A stretch of 63,704 nt of DNA, the filler included. It is 5 parts of 5 records of this genome, joined end to end, with 100 filler letters (N's around TTAATTAATTAA, not from the genome) between each part and the next. Parts side by side here need not be neighbours in the genome. Positions count along the whole stretch, not along the records: positions 1 to 17,868 come from SRR22947725_3628; 4 more parts are not named here. The stretch is one strand, 5' to 3'. Below are positions 1 through 11,068 of the stretch, one piece after another; position 1 is the stretch's first letter; the number at the start of each line of letters is the position of its first letter. The position numbers and the translations under genes were made by a program. Below the pieces are notes generated by a model, which saw only the letters and a program-made list of their open reading frames with translations, did no database searches and had not been told where the DNA came from.

Positions 1-1
1 T

Positions 2-1429
2 AATTGTAATCCTGAAACTGTTTCTACTGATTATGACACTTCTGACCGTTTGTATTTCGAACCTCTAACTATGGAAAGTGTAATGGAAATTCTACGGGTT
101 GAGCAAGATAATGGAACTCTGCATGGAGTTATTGTTCAGTTTGGTGGTCAAACTCCATTAAAATTAGCAAACGATTTAGAAGCAGAAGGCATTCCAATAT
201 TAGGTACCTCACCGGATGCAATAGACTTAGCAGAAGATCGTGAAAGATTTCAAGAATTGCTTCAAAAACTTAATCTAAAACAACCCTATAATGGCATAGC
301 CCATAATGATGAGGAAGCGTTTATTATCGCTTCCGATGTGGGCTATCCACTCGTTATTCGCCCATCTTATGTTTTAGGTGGCAGAGCAATGGAAATCATC
401 CGCTCAGATGAGCAATTGGAACGCTACATAAAAGAAGCTGTAGTTGTATCAGGAGATAGCCCTGTATTATTAGATAGTTATCTCGTTGGTGCAATTGAAG
501 TAGATGTTGATGCACTTTCAGATGGAAAAAACGTTCATGTTGCTGGCATTATGCAACACATTGAAGAAGCTGGAGTTCATTCAGGAGATAGCGCATGTTC
601 GTTGCCACCCTTCTCACTTCCTCAGCATCAAATTGACGATATGATAGTACAAACAAAAGCATTGGCTTTGGGGCTTAATGTAATTGGATTAATGAATATT
701 CAATTTGCAATTCAAGGCGAAGATATATTCATATTAGAGGTAAACCCCCGTGCATCCAGAACTGTTCCATTTGTTGCAAAAGCTATAAACTCTCCGATTG
801 CTGCAATTGCTGCTAGAGTCATGGCAGGTGAGCCTTTAACTAATTTTGATTTAAAGTCTCCAACACCAAATCACTTTGCGGTAAAAGAAGCAGTCATGCC
901 ATTTAATCGCTTTCCAGGAGTAGACGCACTTCTCGGACCAGAAATGCGTTCAACAGGCGAAGTAATGGGTTTAGACAAAACTTTTGAAAGAGCCTTTTGG
1001 AAATCACAATTAGGAGCATCAACACCCCTACCTACTTCTGGCACTGTATTTATATCGGTTAAAGAAGATGACAAAGGCAAAGCAATGCTTGAGGCAGCAC
1101 AGATTCTATCAAAACAGGGCTTTGAAATTTTGGCTACAGGTGGAACATCAATCTGGCTAAGTGACAACAATGTAAAAAACACCCGTGTAAAGAAAGTATA
1201 TGAGGGCCAACCAAATATTGTAGATGCATTAAAAAATAATGAAATTAATTTAATTTTTAATACAACTCAAGGAAGCCAAAGCTTAAAAGATAGCCGTGCC
1301 ATACGAGCTGCAGCTTTATCAAACAAAATATGTTATTATACAACAGCTGCGGCTTCTAATGCGGCTGCAAAAGCAATTAAAGATGTTGAAAATAGCGAAC
1401 TTGAAGTAAACGCTCTCCAAAATTATTAA
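2..1429 (+). CDS. carB: Carbamoyl-phosphate synthase large subunit, 5'-truncated by the window edge
   Basis: Frame is open from nt 2 ([21 protein letters not shown]). ATP-grasp motifs [34 protein letters not shown] and a C-terminal MGS domain. Confidence 0.98.
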   Translation, partial: NCNPETVSTDYDTSDRLYFEPLTMESVMEILRVEQDNGTLHGVIVQFGGQTPLKLANDLEAEGIPILGTSPDAIDLAEDRERFQELLQKLNLKQPYNGIAHNDEEAFIIASDVGYPLVIRPSYVLGGRAMEIIRSDEQLERYIKEAVVVSGDSPVLLDSYLVGAIEVDVDALSDGKNVHVAGIMQHIEEAGVHSGDSACSLPPFSLPQHQIDDMIVQTKALALGLNVIGLMNIQFAIQGEDIFILEVNPRASRTVPFVAKAINSPIAAIAARVMAGEPLTNFDLKSPTPNHFAVKEAVMPFNRFPGVDALLGPEMRSTGEVMGLDKTFERAFWKSQLGASTPLPTSGTVFISVKEDDKGKAMLEAAQILSKQGFEILATGGTSIWLSDNNVKNTRVKKVYEGQPNIVDALKNNEINLIFNTTQGSQSLKDSRAIRAAALSNKICYYTTAAASNAAAKAIKDVENSELEVNALQNY

Positions 1430-1680
1430 TATCAATATTCGAAATCAAATTACAAATTAGGAAATTCATAAAAACCATATATTTTCAATAACTGTTCAAT
1501 TATTGTCCATTTTTTTTTATAACAGATAGTTTATTAAATAAGTACTTTGGATATTTAATAGTAAAAAAATTTAATATTAAAAATATTCAAGATATAATGG
1601 AAAATTTTATAATAATGATATAAATTAATTACAATCAGAAAATATTATCCTCCTCAAAACATAAGATAAATGGATACCAA

Positions 1681-4600
1681 ATGAAAAGCTTCAAAAAAAT
1701 TCTAATTGCTAACCGAGGTGAAATTGCAATTCGCATAATGCGAGCAGCAAATGAAATGGGTAAACGAACTGTTGCGATCTATGCCGAAGAAGACAAACTG
1801 GGGTTACATAGGTTCAAAGCAGACGAGGCATACCGAATTGGTAAAGGTATGGGACCAGTAGCAGCTTATCTATCGATTTCTGAGATTATTCGAGTTGCCA
1901 AAATGTGTGGTGCAGATGCAATACATCCAGGGTATGGACTTTTATCTGAAAATCCAGATTTTGTTGATGCTTGTGAAGAAGCTGGTATTAAATTTATTGG
2001 CCCAAAAGCTGAAACAATGCGGAAGTTAGGTGATAAGGCTTCAGCTAGGCGTGTTGCAATGGAGGCTGGAGTTCCTGTTGTACCTGCAACCGATGTTTTA
2101 CCTGATGACATGAATGAAGTACGGCGCATGGCAGAAGAAGTTGGTTATCCATTTATGCTTAAGGCATCATGGGGTGGCGGTGGACGTGGAATGCGTCCAA
2201 TTATGGATGCTAGCGAATTAGAAGAAAAAGTTCTTGAAGGTAGAAGAGAAGCTGAAGCTGCATTTGGAAATGGTGAAGGATATCTGGAAAGACTTGTTCA
2301 GAAAGCTCGTCATGTTGAAGTGCAAATCTTAGGTGATAGCTTTGGTGAGATTTATCATTTATATGAGCGTGATTGTTCTGTTCAAAGACGCAATCAAAAA
2401 GTTGTAGAACGTGCTCCTGCACCATATCTAACAGAAGAACAACGATTAGAAATTTGCAGTTTGGGGCGTAAAATTTGCGCTCATGTTGGCTATGAATGTG
2501 CCGGGACTGTTGAGTTTTTGATGGATATGGACACAGAAGAATTTTTCTTTATTGAGGTTAACCCTCGCGTCCAAGTAGAACACACAGTTACAGAAGAAGT
2601 AACTGGAATAGATATTGTTCGAGCACAAATAAAAATTGCAGAAGGTAAAACTTTAGCCCGCTCTACGGGTGCAAATTCTCAAGCAGACATAAAATTAAAT
2701 GGGCATGCTTTACAAACTCGCATCACAACTGAAGATCCACAAAATAATTTCATACCAGATTATGGGCGAATTTCTGCATATAGATCTGCTACCGGCCTTG
2801 GCATACGATTAGACGGTGGAACTGCTTATTCAGGGGCAGTAATTACCCGTTATTATGACAGCTTACTGGTGAAAATTACTGCTAAAGCATCAAGTCCAGA
2901 AAATGCTATAGCAAGAATGGATAGGGCATTACGTGAGTTTAGGATTCGCGGTGTTTCTACTAATATCGCATTTGTAATTAATTTACTAAAACACCCTACA
3001 TTTCTGGATAATTCTTATACAACTAAATTTATCGATAACACAGAAGAACTTTTTGATTTCAAACCTCGCCGAGATCGTGCAACAAAAATCTTAAATTATA
3101 TTGCAGATATAACGGTTAATGGTCACCCTGATGTTCAAGGCAGAGCAATACCACATGCAAAAGCAAGAGTGCCAAAAATACCACCTAACTTAGAAAATAA
3201 ACCATCGTATGGAACACGTAACCTGTTAGAGGAAAAAGGCCCTCAAGCCGTTGCTAATTGGATGGCTGAGCAGAAAAAGTTACTCATAACTGACACGACT
3301 ATGCGAGATGGACATCAGTCTTTACTTGCTACTCGCATGCGAAGTTATGACATGATTAAGATTGCAGATACGTATGCTCAAAATATTCCTCAATTATTTT
3401 CGATGGAATGTTGGGGCGGAGCAACTTTTGATGTTTCATATCGTTTTTTACAAGAATGCCCCTGGCAACGTCTAAGAGATCTTCGTAAAAAAATGCCAAA
3501 TCTTATGACGCAAATGTTGCTTAGAGCCAGTAATGGTGTTGGTTACACAAATTATCCAGATAACGTAGTGCAAGAATTTGTTAGGCAAGCCGCAGAAACA
3601 GGTGTTGATTTGTTTAGGGTTTTTGACAGCTTAAATTGGGTCGAAAATATGCGTGTGGCTATGGATGCCGTTATTGAAAATGGTAAAATATGTGAAGGTA
3701 CTATTTGTTATACTGGCGATATACTAAATCCAGATCGTGCAAAATACGATTTGAATTACTACGTGAAAATGGGGAAAGAACTTAAATCTTCTGGTGCGCA
3801 CATACTTGGATTAAAAGATATGGCGGGATTATTGAAACCAGCCGCTGCAAAAATATTGATTAAAGCGTTAAAAGAAGAAGTTGGCATGCCAATACACTTC
3901 CATACACATGATACATCAGGAATATCTGGAGCTACAATTTTAGCTGCTGCTGAAGCTGGCGTGGATGCAGTAGATGTAGCTATGGACGCATTCTCTGGCG
4001 GCACATCGCAACCGTGCCTCGGATCAGTTATTGAAAGTTTACGCCATACTGATCGTGATACTGGCATTGATATGGAGGCTGTTCGAGGAATTAACGAATA
4101 CTGGGAAGGTGTTCGCGAACAATATGTTGCTTTTGAAAGTGGTATATCAGCTCCAGCATCTGAAGTATATTTACATGAAATGCCAGGTGGCCAATTTACA
4201 AATTTGAAGGCACAAGCAAGATCACTTGGCATTGAAGACAGATGGCCAGAAGTTGCTCATACTTACGCTGATGTGAATCAAATGTTTGGAGATATTGTAA
4301 AAGTTACGCCTTCTTCAAAGGTTGTAGGCGATATGGCTCTGATGATGGTTACTCAAGATTTATCAAGGGAAGATGTCGAAAATCCAAAAACTGAAGTTGC
4401 GTTCCCAGAAAGTGTAGTGGATATGATGCGTGGCAATTTAGGTCAACCTGAAGGAGGCTTTCCAGATGCTATTTTATCAAAAGTTCTTAAAGGTGAAGCG
4501 CCTATTACTACAAGACCTGGGGAACATTTAAAGCCTTTAGATTTATCTTTAGAAAAAACAAAATTGGTAGACCTACTAGATGGTGATCGTGTAGATAATG

Positions 4601-5127
4601 AAGATCTAAATGGCTACTTAATGTATCCTAAAGTATTTTTAGACTATAGAGGTCGCCATAAAGAATATGGCCCAGTCAGAACTTTGCCTACGAATACTTT
4701 TTTCTATGGAATGAAATCTCGCGACGAAATTAGTGTGGAAATTGATCCAGGAAAAACATTAGAAATTCACCTAATTGCGGTTGGAGACGCTGATGAAGAA
4801 GGCGTAGTTCGAGTATTTTTTGAATTAAATGGCCAGCCTCGCACGGCAAGGGTCATTGACAGATCAAAAGCTGCAACAAGTATAAAGCGTCCAGTCGCAG
4901 AACTTGGAAATACTGCACATATTGGTGCACCAATGCCTGGTGTGATAAGCTCTGTAGTTGCTACTGTTGGACAGAAAGTAAATGCTGGAGATTTATTATG
5001 TACTATAGAAGCCATGAAGATGGAGACGGGAATAAGTGCCGAAATTGATGGCATTATTAAAACCATACATTCTCCAGCAGGAACTCAAGTTGATGCAAAG
5101 GATTTGCTAATAGAATTTGAAAGTTAA
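1681..5127 (+). CDS. pyc: Pyruvate carboxylase
   Basis: 1148 aa with biotin carboxylase (ANRGEIAIR, QRRNQKVVE), carboxyltransferase (RDGHQSL, HFHTHDT) and biotin carrier (EAMKME) domains. Confidence 0.98.
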   Translation: MKSFKKILIANRGEIAIRIMRAANEMGKRTVAIYAEEDKLGLHRFKADEAYRIGKGMGPVAAYLSISEIIRVAKMCGADAIHPGYGLLSENPDFVDACEEAGIKFIGPKAETMRKLGDKASARRVAMEAGVPVVPATDVLPDDMNEVRRMAEEVGYPFMLKASWGGGGRGMRPIMDASELEEKVLEGRREAEAAFGNGEGYLERLVQKARHVEVQILGDSFGEIYHLYERDCSVQRRNQKVVERAPAPYLTEEQRLEICSLGRKICAHVGYECAGTVEFLMDMDTEEFFFIEVNPRVQVEHTVTEEVTGIDIVRAQIKIAEGKTLARSTGANSQADIKLNGHALQTRITTEDPQNNFIPDYGRISAYRSATGLGIRLDGGTAYSGAVITRYYDSLLVKITAKASSPENAIARMDRALREFRIRGVSTNIAFVINLLKHPTFLDNSYTTKFIDNTEELFDFKPRRDRATKILNYIADITVNGHPDVQGRAIPHAKARVPKIPPNLENKPSYGTRNLLEEKGPQAVANWMAEQKKLLITDTTMRDGHQSLLATRMRSYDMIKIADTYAQNIPQLFSMECWGGATFDVSYRFLQECPWQRLRDLRKKMPNLMTQMLLRASNGVGYTNYPDNVVQEFVRQAAETGVDLFRVFDSLNWVENMRVAMDAVIENGKICEGTICYTGDILNPDRAKYDLNYYVKMGKELKSSGAHILGLKDMAGLLKPAAAKILIKALKEEVGMPIHFHTHDTSGISGATILAAAEAGVDAVDVAMDAFSGGTSQPCLGSVIESLRHTDRDTGIDMEAVRGINEYWEGVREQYVAFESGISAPASEVYLHEMPGGQFTNLKAQARSLGIEDRWPEVAHTYADVNQMFGDIVKVTPSSKVVGDMALMMVTQDLSREDVENPKTEVAFPESVVDMMRGNLGQPEGGFPDAILSKVLKGEAPITTRPGEHLKPLDLSLEKTKLVDLLDGDRVDNEDLNGYLMYPKVFLDYRGRHKEYGPVRTLPTNTFFYGMKSRDEISVEIDPGKTLEIHLIAVGDADEEGVVRVFFELNGQPRTARVIDRSKAATSIKRPVAELGNTAHIGAPMPGVISSVVATVGQKVNAGDLLCTIEAMKMETGISAEIDGIIKTIHSPAGTQVDAKDLLIEFES

Positions 5128-5161
5128 TAAATTTAAGTCTGGGGAAAATCTCCGCACTTAT

Positions 5162-5788
5162 TTACTTTTGAGCCAAGACTAATTTAGTGGCTAATAGAAT
5201 AAAAATAATGCCCGCAAACTTATTCATCCAAAGCATTGCGCCATTAGAATTACGTAGCCATTTTCCTAAAAAACTTGCCAAAAGTGCGAATGAAGAAAAT
5301 ATAAAAATAGTAGTCATAATCATCAGTCCACCAAGCTGATAAAACTGTGAAACTATTTGACCTAATTTTGGGTCCACAAACTGAGGTAATAAAGCCAAAA
5401 AAAATATGGTTACTTTAGGGTTGGTAATATTCATTATTAACCCCCGCCTATATAATGCTAGCCAAGTCTCCCTTGGAGCTTTTTCATTGCCCAATTTTGT
5501 TTTGCCTGCGTAGAATGCTTTATATGCAAGATAAGTTAAATAAGCTGCACCAATATATTTTATTGTATTAAAGGCAAATTGGGAACTTTCAAAAACTGCA
5601 GCAACACCAAAAGCAACTGCAGATGTATGAAATATTAATCCAGTGGCCAATCCTAAAGTAACAAATATTCCAGACAAACGGCCATATAACGCAGATTGCG
5701 TTAATACAAATATATTATCTGGCCCAGGTACCAGTGCTAATGCAAAAGTAAATCCACAAAATGTAATCGCAGTATCAATAGGTATCAT
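5162..5788 (-). CDS. LysE/RhtB family amino acid efflux protein
   Basis: PGPDN and NITNPK motifs, multiple TM helices. ATGA overlap with the upstream permease. Confidence 0.93.
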   Translation of the reverse strand: MIPIDTAITFCGFTFALALVPGPDNIFVLTQSALYGRLSGIFVTLGLATGLIFHTSAVAFGVAAVFESSQFAFNTIKYIGAAYLTYLAYKAFYAGKTKLGNEKAPRETWLALYRRGLIMNITNPKVTIFFLALLPQFVDPKLGQIVSQFYQLGGLMIMTTIFIFSSFALLASFLGKWLRNSNGAMLWMNKFAGIIFILLATKLVLAQK

Positions 5789-7479
5789 CTTGAGGCCCTA
5801 GCAATAATTGCAACTGCTATCATACCAACCAAAATAACTATGATCGATGCGCCTGATGCACCCTCTATATCTTCTAATGAGGCCGCATTATAAATTTGAG
5901 TAGATAAAGTTTCAAAACCAAAAGGCCGTAACAACAGTGTAGCAGGAAGCTCTTTGATACTATCTACAAATACAAGTAACAATGCAATTAACATAGATGA
6001 CCAAATCATTGGAACATGTACTCTTGATAATGTTTGAGAAGGATTTAATCCTAAGGACCTTGCGGCATGTCCTATATTAGGTGAGAAGCGACCCATTGCA
6101 CTATCTATTGAACCAAATGCTAAAGCAAAAAATCTTACGCTATATGCAAATATTACAGCAGTAGCAGATCCTGTTAGAAGTAATCCAATATTAATTCCAG
6201 AAAAATTTTCAATAAAATCTGCTAAAGATCTATCAAAATATGCCATTGGTAATAATATTCCTAACGCTAGAACTGCACCAGGTGCTGCATATCCAATTGT
6301 TGCTATGGGAGCTATAATTCTTGGCAAAGTTGATTGAGAAGATCTTATGCCAAAAATTAAAATTAAGGCTGCGCCAACAGTAAAGATTGCAGCTAAAAAT
6401 CCAACCCAAATAGATGTCCAAGTGGCTCGTAGGAATGTTGGACTTGTCCATAAATTATCAACATTAAAAGCATGATCTAACATAATTAAAAATGGCATGA
6501 TAAAGCCAAATAAAACTGGCAAGGAACAAAGTATAGCTATCAGAATACCTTTCCAAAATGGAAGAACATCCCTTATGGGTAACATAGATTGATTATCCCT
6601 TTGATGTACTCGCATCTTACGACGGCTAAAGCGTTCAAATACTACGAGAGAAATCACTATAATGAAAATGACCATTGCAATTTGTGCTGCTCCTCCAACA
6701 TTTGAAGCTTCCAACCAAACTGTAAATATTCCCGTAGTAAGTGTTTGAACTGCAAAAAATTCAACTGCACCAAAATCATTTAATGCTTCCATCATAACTA
6801 GTGCAATTCCAATTGCTATTGCAGGGCGCGCAAGAGGTAATGAAACTAACCAAAAAGCTCTCCATGGACCTGCACCTAATGCTCTTGATACCTCAAAAGT
6901 TCTACTTGATTGATCGCGAAAGGCTGCTCGAGCTAATAAATAAACATATGGATATAGAGACATGGAAATAACAAAGATTGCGGCTCCAATTGAACGCACT
7001 TGTGGAAAGTAATAATCTTTGGAGCTTTGCCAATCAAAAAAATCTCTTAAAAACGTTTGAACTGGACCAGCATATTCCCAAAAATCAACAAAACTGTAAG
7101 CTCCAATATAAGCTGGGATAGCAAGTGGGAATAAAAGGACCCATTCCAAAATTCGGCGCAACGGAAAGTCTTTAGTTACAACCATCCAAGCACAACCAGT
7201 ACCTACAATACTTGAAATAAATGCAACTGAGATCATTATTATTAAAGAATTTGATAAATACCGAGATAAACTAGTAGCAATTAAGTGCGGCCATATATTT
7301 TCTGCAGGAAAGAATGCCATCCAGATTATTGCTGCAATAGGCAATAGCACAAGTGCAGCAATAATAATTGAAAATATTACCCATCGATCACAATTGAGCC
7401 TGTACCTAAAATTTATTTTTTTACTCAAATTTGCTTCCATATTTATCGAATAGCTTATGGACAATTGCATGTCTAGCAA
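5785..7479 (-). CDS. Fe(III) ABC transporter permease (FbpB/FutB family); true start may be downstream, e.g. ATG at 7440
   Basis: Two ABC permease repeats, motifs YPYVYLLARAAF, EALNDFG, KELPATLLLRPF. Confidence 0.92.
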   Translation of the reverse strand: MLDMQLSISYSINMEANLSKKINFRYRLNCDRWVIFSIIIAALVLLPIAAIIWMAFFPAENIWPHLIATSLSRYLSNSLIIMISVAFISSIVGTGCAWMVVTKDFPLRRILEWVLLFPLAIPAYIGAYSFVDFWEYAGPVQTFLRDFFDWQSSKDYYFPQVRSIGAAIFVISMSLYPYVYLLARAAFRDQSSRTFEVSRALGAGPWRAFWLVSLPLARPAIAIGIALVMMEALNDFGAVEFFAVQTLTTGIFTVWLEASNVGGAAQIAMVIFIIVISLVVFERFSRRKMRVHQRDNQSMLPIRDVLPFWKGILIAILCSLPVLFGFIMPFLIMLDHAFNVDNLWTSPTFLRATWTSIWVGFLAAIFTVGAALILIFGIRSSQSTLPRIIAPIATIGYAAPGAVLALGILLPMAYFDRSLADFIENFSGINIGLLLTGSATAVIFAYSVRFFALAFGSIDSAMGRFSPNIGHAARSLGLNPSQTLSRVHVPMIWSSMLIALLLVFVDSIKELPATLLLRPFGFETLSTQIYNAASLEDIEGASGASIIVILVGMIAVAIIARASR

Positions 7480-7546
7480 ATGGCAAAGATTAAAATAGAA
7501 ACTGCATATTAATAATACAAAATTAATTGCAATTAATTAATTTTAA

Positions 7547-7804
7547 TTACATGCCAAGTGCTTCTTTATACAATTCAAGAACTGCCTCTTCTTCTGAAAT
7601 TTCATGTGGTTCACGTTTTCGGAGTCCTACAATCTTCCTAAGAACTTTAGTGTCATATCCACGGCCCTTGGCTTCTGCCATTACTTCTTTTTGTTGGTCA
7701 GCTATATCTTTTTTTTCTGCATCTAAACGCTCAAAACGTTCAATAAAAGCTCGCAATTCATCAGATGCTACTCGATAGGATGATTGGCTTGTTTCTTCAT
7801 TCAT
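7547..7804 (-). CDS. gapR: DUF2312 / GapR-family nucleoid-associated protein
   Basis: ELRAFIERFERLDAEKKDI and EAKGRGYDTKVLRKIV are the DUF2312 signature; typical of Alphaproteobacteria. Confidence 0.93.
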   Translation of the reverse strand: MNEETSQSSYRVASDELRAFIERFERLDAEKKDIADQQKEVMAEAKGRGYDTKVLRKIVGLRKREPHEISEEEAVLELYKEALGM

Positions 7805-7842
7805 TGGTAAACCTTATTTTTTATTAGTTGCCTGACTACTTT

Positions 7843-7865
7843 GCCCTTGCCGCGTCTGCAAGGGC
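7843..7865. repeat. GC-rich inverted repeat GCCCTTGC-N7-GCAAGGGC in the divergent gapR promoter region
   Basis: Perfect 8-bp arms in an otherwise AT-rich intergenic region. Confidence 0.6.
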
Positions 7866-7922
7866 TAGGGTATCAAAAGTTATACTTTTTGTGTTTTAAA
7901 TAATGTTTAGAAAGATAGATTA

Positions 7923-8126
7923 ATGATAATCACAGGCGCAATTATTACAATATTAGGATTATTAGGTTTGTTCTATTGCATCCTGAAAGCATTCAAAGCA
8001 AGGCGTACAGGATTAAAAGGTCAAGAATTGGCTAACCAACTTAAGGAGTTGGTATTAGTAAACTTAGTGTCATTATTTTTATCTGCTATAGGGCTTGGAT
8101 TAGTTATTTTTGGCATACTAATTTAA
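7923..8126 (+). CDS. Small two-TM membrane protein of unknown function
   Basis: 67 aa, two hydrophobic helices separated by a basic loop; fills the gap between neighbouring genes. Confidence 0.75.
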   Translation: MIITGAIITILGLLGLFYCILKAFKARRTGLKGQELANQLKELVLVNLVSLFLSAIGLGLVIFGILI

Positions 8127-8140
8127 AATAATTTTATTAA

Positions 8141-8917
8141 CTAAATAAGCCTATCAGTTATTAAATTTATAGAGGAACATATCAGTTCCATACATTTATC
8201 AGTAGAAAAGCGATGATCTGCATCTTTAACAATTGTTAATTCTACGTCATTCCCAGTAATATGATCTATAAGTTGTAATGGAATACCCAGCTTAACATCA
8301 TTATCTGCGGTTCCATGAAAAAGATGTATTGGAAATGGTATATTTAGTGGATCACGCATTACTAAATTATTGCGTCCATCATCGATCAATTTTTTTGTTA
8401 TAGGATATGGTTGACCATAATCATTTTGAATATAAACAACACCAGATCTTGTCAATGTAGCACGCATCATATCATCCATTTTATTCCAAATGATATCTTC
8501 TGTAAAATCGGGTGCAGCAGCAATACCAATGATACCTAAAATTTGATTAGGTATACGTTTAGCCATTAACAATGATATCCATCCACCCATTGAAGAGCCA
8601 ACTAATATTTGTGGGCCACTAGTTAAATGTGATATTATTTCAAAAGCATCTTCTGCCCAATCTCCTATGGATCCTTTAATAAAATCTTCAGAGCTTTGTC
8701 CATGGCCCGAATAGTCAAATCTAATAAAAGGCTGGCCTCTTTCCTTTGCCCAATTTTCTAAATGAATAGCTTTACTACCATCCATATCTGATGAGAACCC
8801 ACCTAAAAAAACAATTCCAGCTCCTTCACCTTGCGTCTGGTGATATGCAATTTTACGCCCCTGTCCAGTTATAAGAATATTAGGTTTTATCATTTCTGCC
8901 TCGTTAATATTATTCAT
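8141..8917 (-). CDS. Alpha/beta hydrolase (ABHD10-like)
   Basis: RFDYSGHG, nucleophile elbow GSSMGG, HGTAD and DHRFS catalytic motifs. Confidence 0.92.
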   Translation of the reverse strand: MNNINEAEMIKPNILITGQGRKIAYHQTQGEGAGIVFLGGFSSDMDGSKAIHLENWAKERGQPFIRFDYSGHGQSSEDFIKGSIGDWAEDAFEIISHLTSGPQILVGSSMGGWISLLMAKRIPNQILGIIGIAAAPDFTEDIIWNKMDDMMRATLTRSGVVYIQNDYGQPYPITKKLIDDGRNNLVMRDPLNIPFPIHLFHGTADNDVKLGIPLQLIDHITGNDVELTIVKDADHRFSTDKCMELICSSINLITDRLI

Positions 8918-9040
8918 ATCTTTATCTCAAATAATTTAACTAGTCATTACCCAGAAAAAAGAAAAATAGTTTTTTCAAAGTAGCCCATTACTTGACAATA
9001 TAATCAATTCTGGCAAAAGCATATCACATAACTTCAACCG

Positions 9041-9057
9041 AGCGTTCAGTAGGCGCT
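9041..9057 (+). promoter_or_regulatory. Putative thrS leader hairpin resembling a tRNA-Thr anticodon arm
   Basis: AGCGT-[TCAGTAG]-GCGCT forms a 5-bp stem (one G-U) with a 7-nt loop whose central triplet is AGT (NGU). It lies 21-37 nt upstream of the ATG; TTGACA occurs at 8992-8997. Confidence 0.5.
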
Positions 9058-9077
9058 AAAACGAAAGAATTGCTCCA

Positions 9078-11027
9078 ATGTCACAAATTTCAATAACACT
9101 TCCCGATGGTAACGTTCGAAAATATGCTGCCGGTATAACTGGAATGGACATTGCTAAAGACATTTCTACTTCACTTGGAAAAAAAGCAATTAGTTGTTCG
9201 ATAAATGGAAAACATTGTGACCTATCGCAAGTTATTCAAAGTGATGTTGATTTCGCAATTTTTACTATGCAAGATGATGTACAAGCCTTAGAACTCATAC
9301 GTCATGATTGCGCCCATATCATGGCACGAGCAGTTCAAGAAATTTGGCCAGACGTTCAAGTCACAATTGGACCAGTAATTGATAATGGCTGGTATTATGA
9401 TTTTGATCGCAAAGATCCGTTTAATCCGGAAGATTTATCTACAATTGAAAAAAAGATGCGTGAAATAATTAATTTAAAGGATTCAGTTCGAAGAGAAATC
9501 TGGGATCGTGAGCGCGCAATAAAATATTATAAAGACAATAATGAACCATATAAAGTTGAATTAATTAATAGTATTCCAGGCAATGAGGACCTATCTATGT
9601 ATTGGCATGGATACTGGCAAGATTTATGCCGCGGTCCACATTTAGTTCATACAGCCCAGATACCAAGCGATAGCTTTAAATTAATGTCAGTTGCAGGCGC
9701 TTACTGGCGAGGTGATAGTAACAACACAATGTTACAAAGAATCTATGGCGTTGCCTTCCAAAATAAAAATGACTTGAAAGCACATTTAACAATGCTCGAA
9801 GAAGCGGCATTGCGTGATCATAGAAAATTAGGTCGTGAAATGGATTTGTTTCACATGCAAGAAGAAGCACCAGGACAAATATTTTGGCATCCAAATGGAT
9901 GGCGTATTTATACAACCTTACAAGATTATATGCGACGTATGCAGGACAAAAATGGATATGTAGAAGTCAACACCCCTCAAGTTGTTGACCGTAAACTTTG
10001 GGAAGCGTCAGGCCACTGGGAAAAATATCAAGAAAACATGTTCATAGTCGAAGTCGATGAAGATCATGCCCGTGAAAAAGCAATAAATGCATTAAAGCCA
10101 ATGAACTGCCCATGCCATGTTCAGATATTTAACCAAGGCTTAAAATCATATAGAGATTTACCATTAAGAATGGCAGAATTTGGATCATGTAACCGCTATG
10201 AACCATCAGGTGCTCTACATGGTATCATGCGAGTTCGCGGCTTTACTCAGGATGATGGGCATATTTTTTGTAGTGAAGAGCAAATTGAGTCTGAAACAAA
10301 AATTTATATAGATTTTCTTTCAAATGTTTATAAAGATTTAGGCTTTGATGATTTTAAAGTAAAATTCTCAGATCGCCCTGATAAGCGCTCTGGTTCAGAC
10401 GAAGTATGGGATAAGGCTGAAAAAGCACTACTTTCTGCAACTCGAGCAGCTGGAATTGAACCAGAACTAAATATTGGTGAAGGTGCTTTTTATGGTCCAA
10501 AATTAGAGTTTGTTCTAACAGATGCAATTGGTAGAGATTGGCAATGTGGGACACATCAAGTAGATTTTGTTTTACCAGATCGCTTAGATGCATCTTATAT
10601 AGGTAAAGATGGAGATAAGCATCGTCCAGTAATGTTACATCGCGCCACATTAGGTTCCTTTGAGCGTTTTATTGGAATATTAATTGAAAGCCATGCTGGT
10701 AAATTACCATTTTGGTTAGCACCTAGACAAGTTGTTGTTGCTTCAATTGTAAGTGACGCAAATGACTATGTGATAAAAAAAGTCTCAGAACTAAATAATT
10801 TAGGAATTCGGGCTGAAGCCGATATTCGTAATGAAAAAATTAATTATAAAGTACGTGAGCATTCTCTTGGGAAGGTTCCAGTAATTTTAGCTGTTGGGGC
10901 AAGAGAAGTACAAGACAATACGGTAACTCTTCGACGACTAGGTCAAAAGCAGACAGAAGTTAAACAATTTGAAGAAATTCTTTCAAAACTAAGCTTAGAG
11001 TCTACTCCTCCAGATCTGAGAAATTAA
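9078..11027 (+). CDS. thrS: Threonine--tRNA ligase
   Basis: TGS domain, editing motifs RHDCAH and DLCRGPH, catalytic RDHRKLG, KPMNCP and GAFYGPK. Confidence 0.99.
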   Translation: MSQISITLPDGNVRKYAAGITGMDIAKDISTSLGKKAISCSINGKHCDLSQVIQSDVDFAIFTMQDDVQALELIRHDCAHIMARAVQEIWPDVQVTIGPVIDNGWYYDFDRKDPFNPEDLSTIEKKMREIINLKDSVRREIWDRERAIKYYKDNNEPYKVELINSIPGNEDLSMYWHGYWQDLCRGPHLVHTAQIPSDSFKLMSVAGAYWRGDSNNTMLQRIYGVAFQNKNDLKAHLTMLEEAALRDHRKLGREMDLFHMQEEAPGQIFWHPNGWRIYTTLQDYMRRMQDKNGYVEVNTPQVVDRKLWEASGHWEKYQENMFIVEVDEDHAREKAINALKPMNCPCHVQIFNQGLKSYRDLPLRMAEFGSCNRYEPSGALHGIMRVRGFTQDDGHIFCSEEQIESETKIYIDFLSNVYKDLGFDDFKVKFSDRPDKRSGSDEVWDKAEKALLSATRAAGIEPELNIGEGAFYGPKLEFVLTDAIGRDWQCGTHQVDFVLPDRLDASYIGKDGDKHRPVMLHRATLGSFERFIGILIESHAGKLPFWLAPRQVVVASIVSDANDYVIKKVSELNNLGIRAEADIRNEKINYKVREHSLGKVPVILAVGAREVQDNTVTLRRLGQKQTEVKQFEEILSKLSLESTPPDLRN

Positions 11028-11068
11028 AAACCTACATTTGATATGATTAAGATAAAAAGTTAAATTTA

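Noticed and set aside
1430-1680. 250-nt AT-rich gap between carB and pyc as an sRNA, riboswitch or origin
   Set aside because: No stable GC-rich structure, repeat array, DnaA-box cluster or credible ORF was seen.
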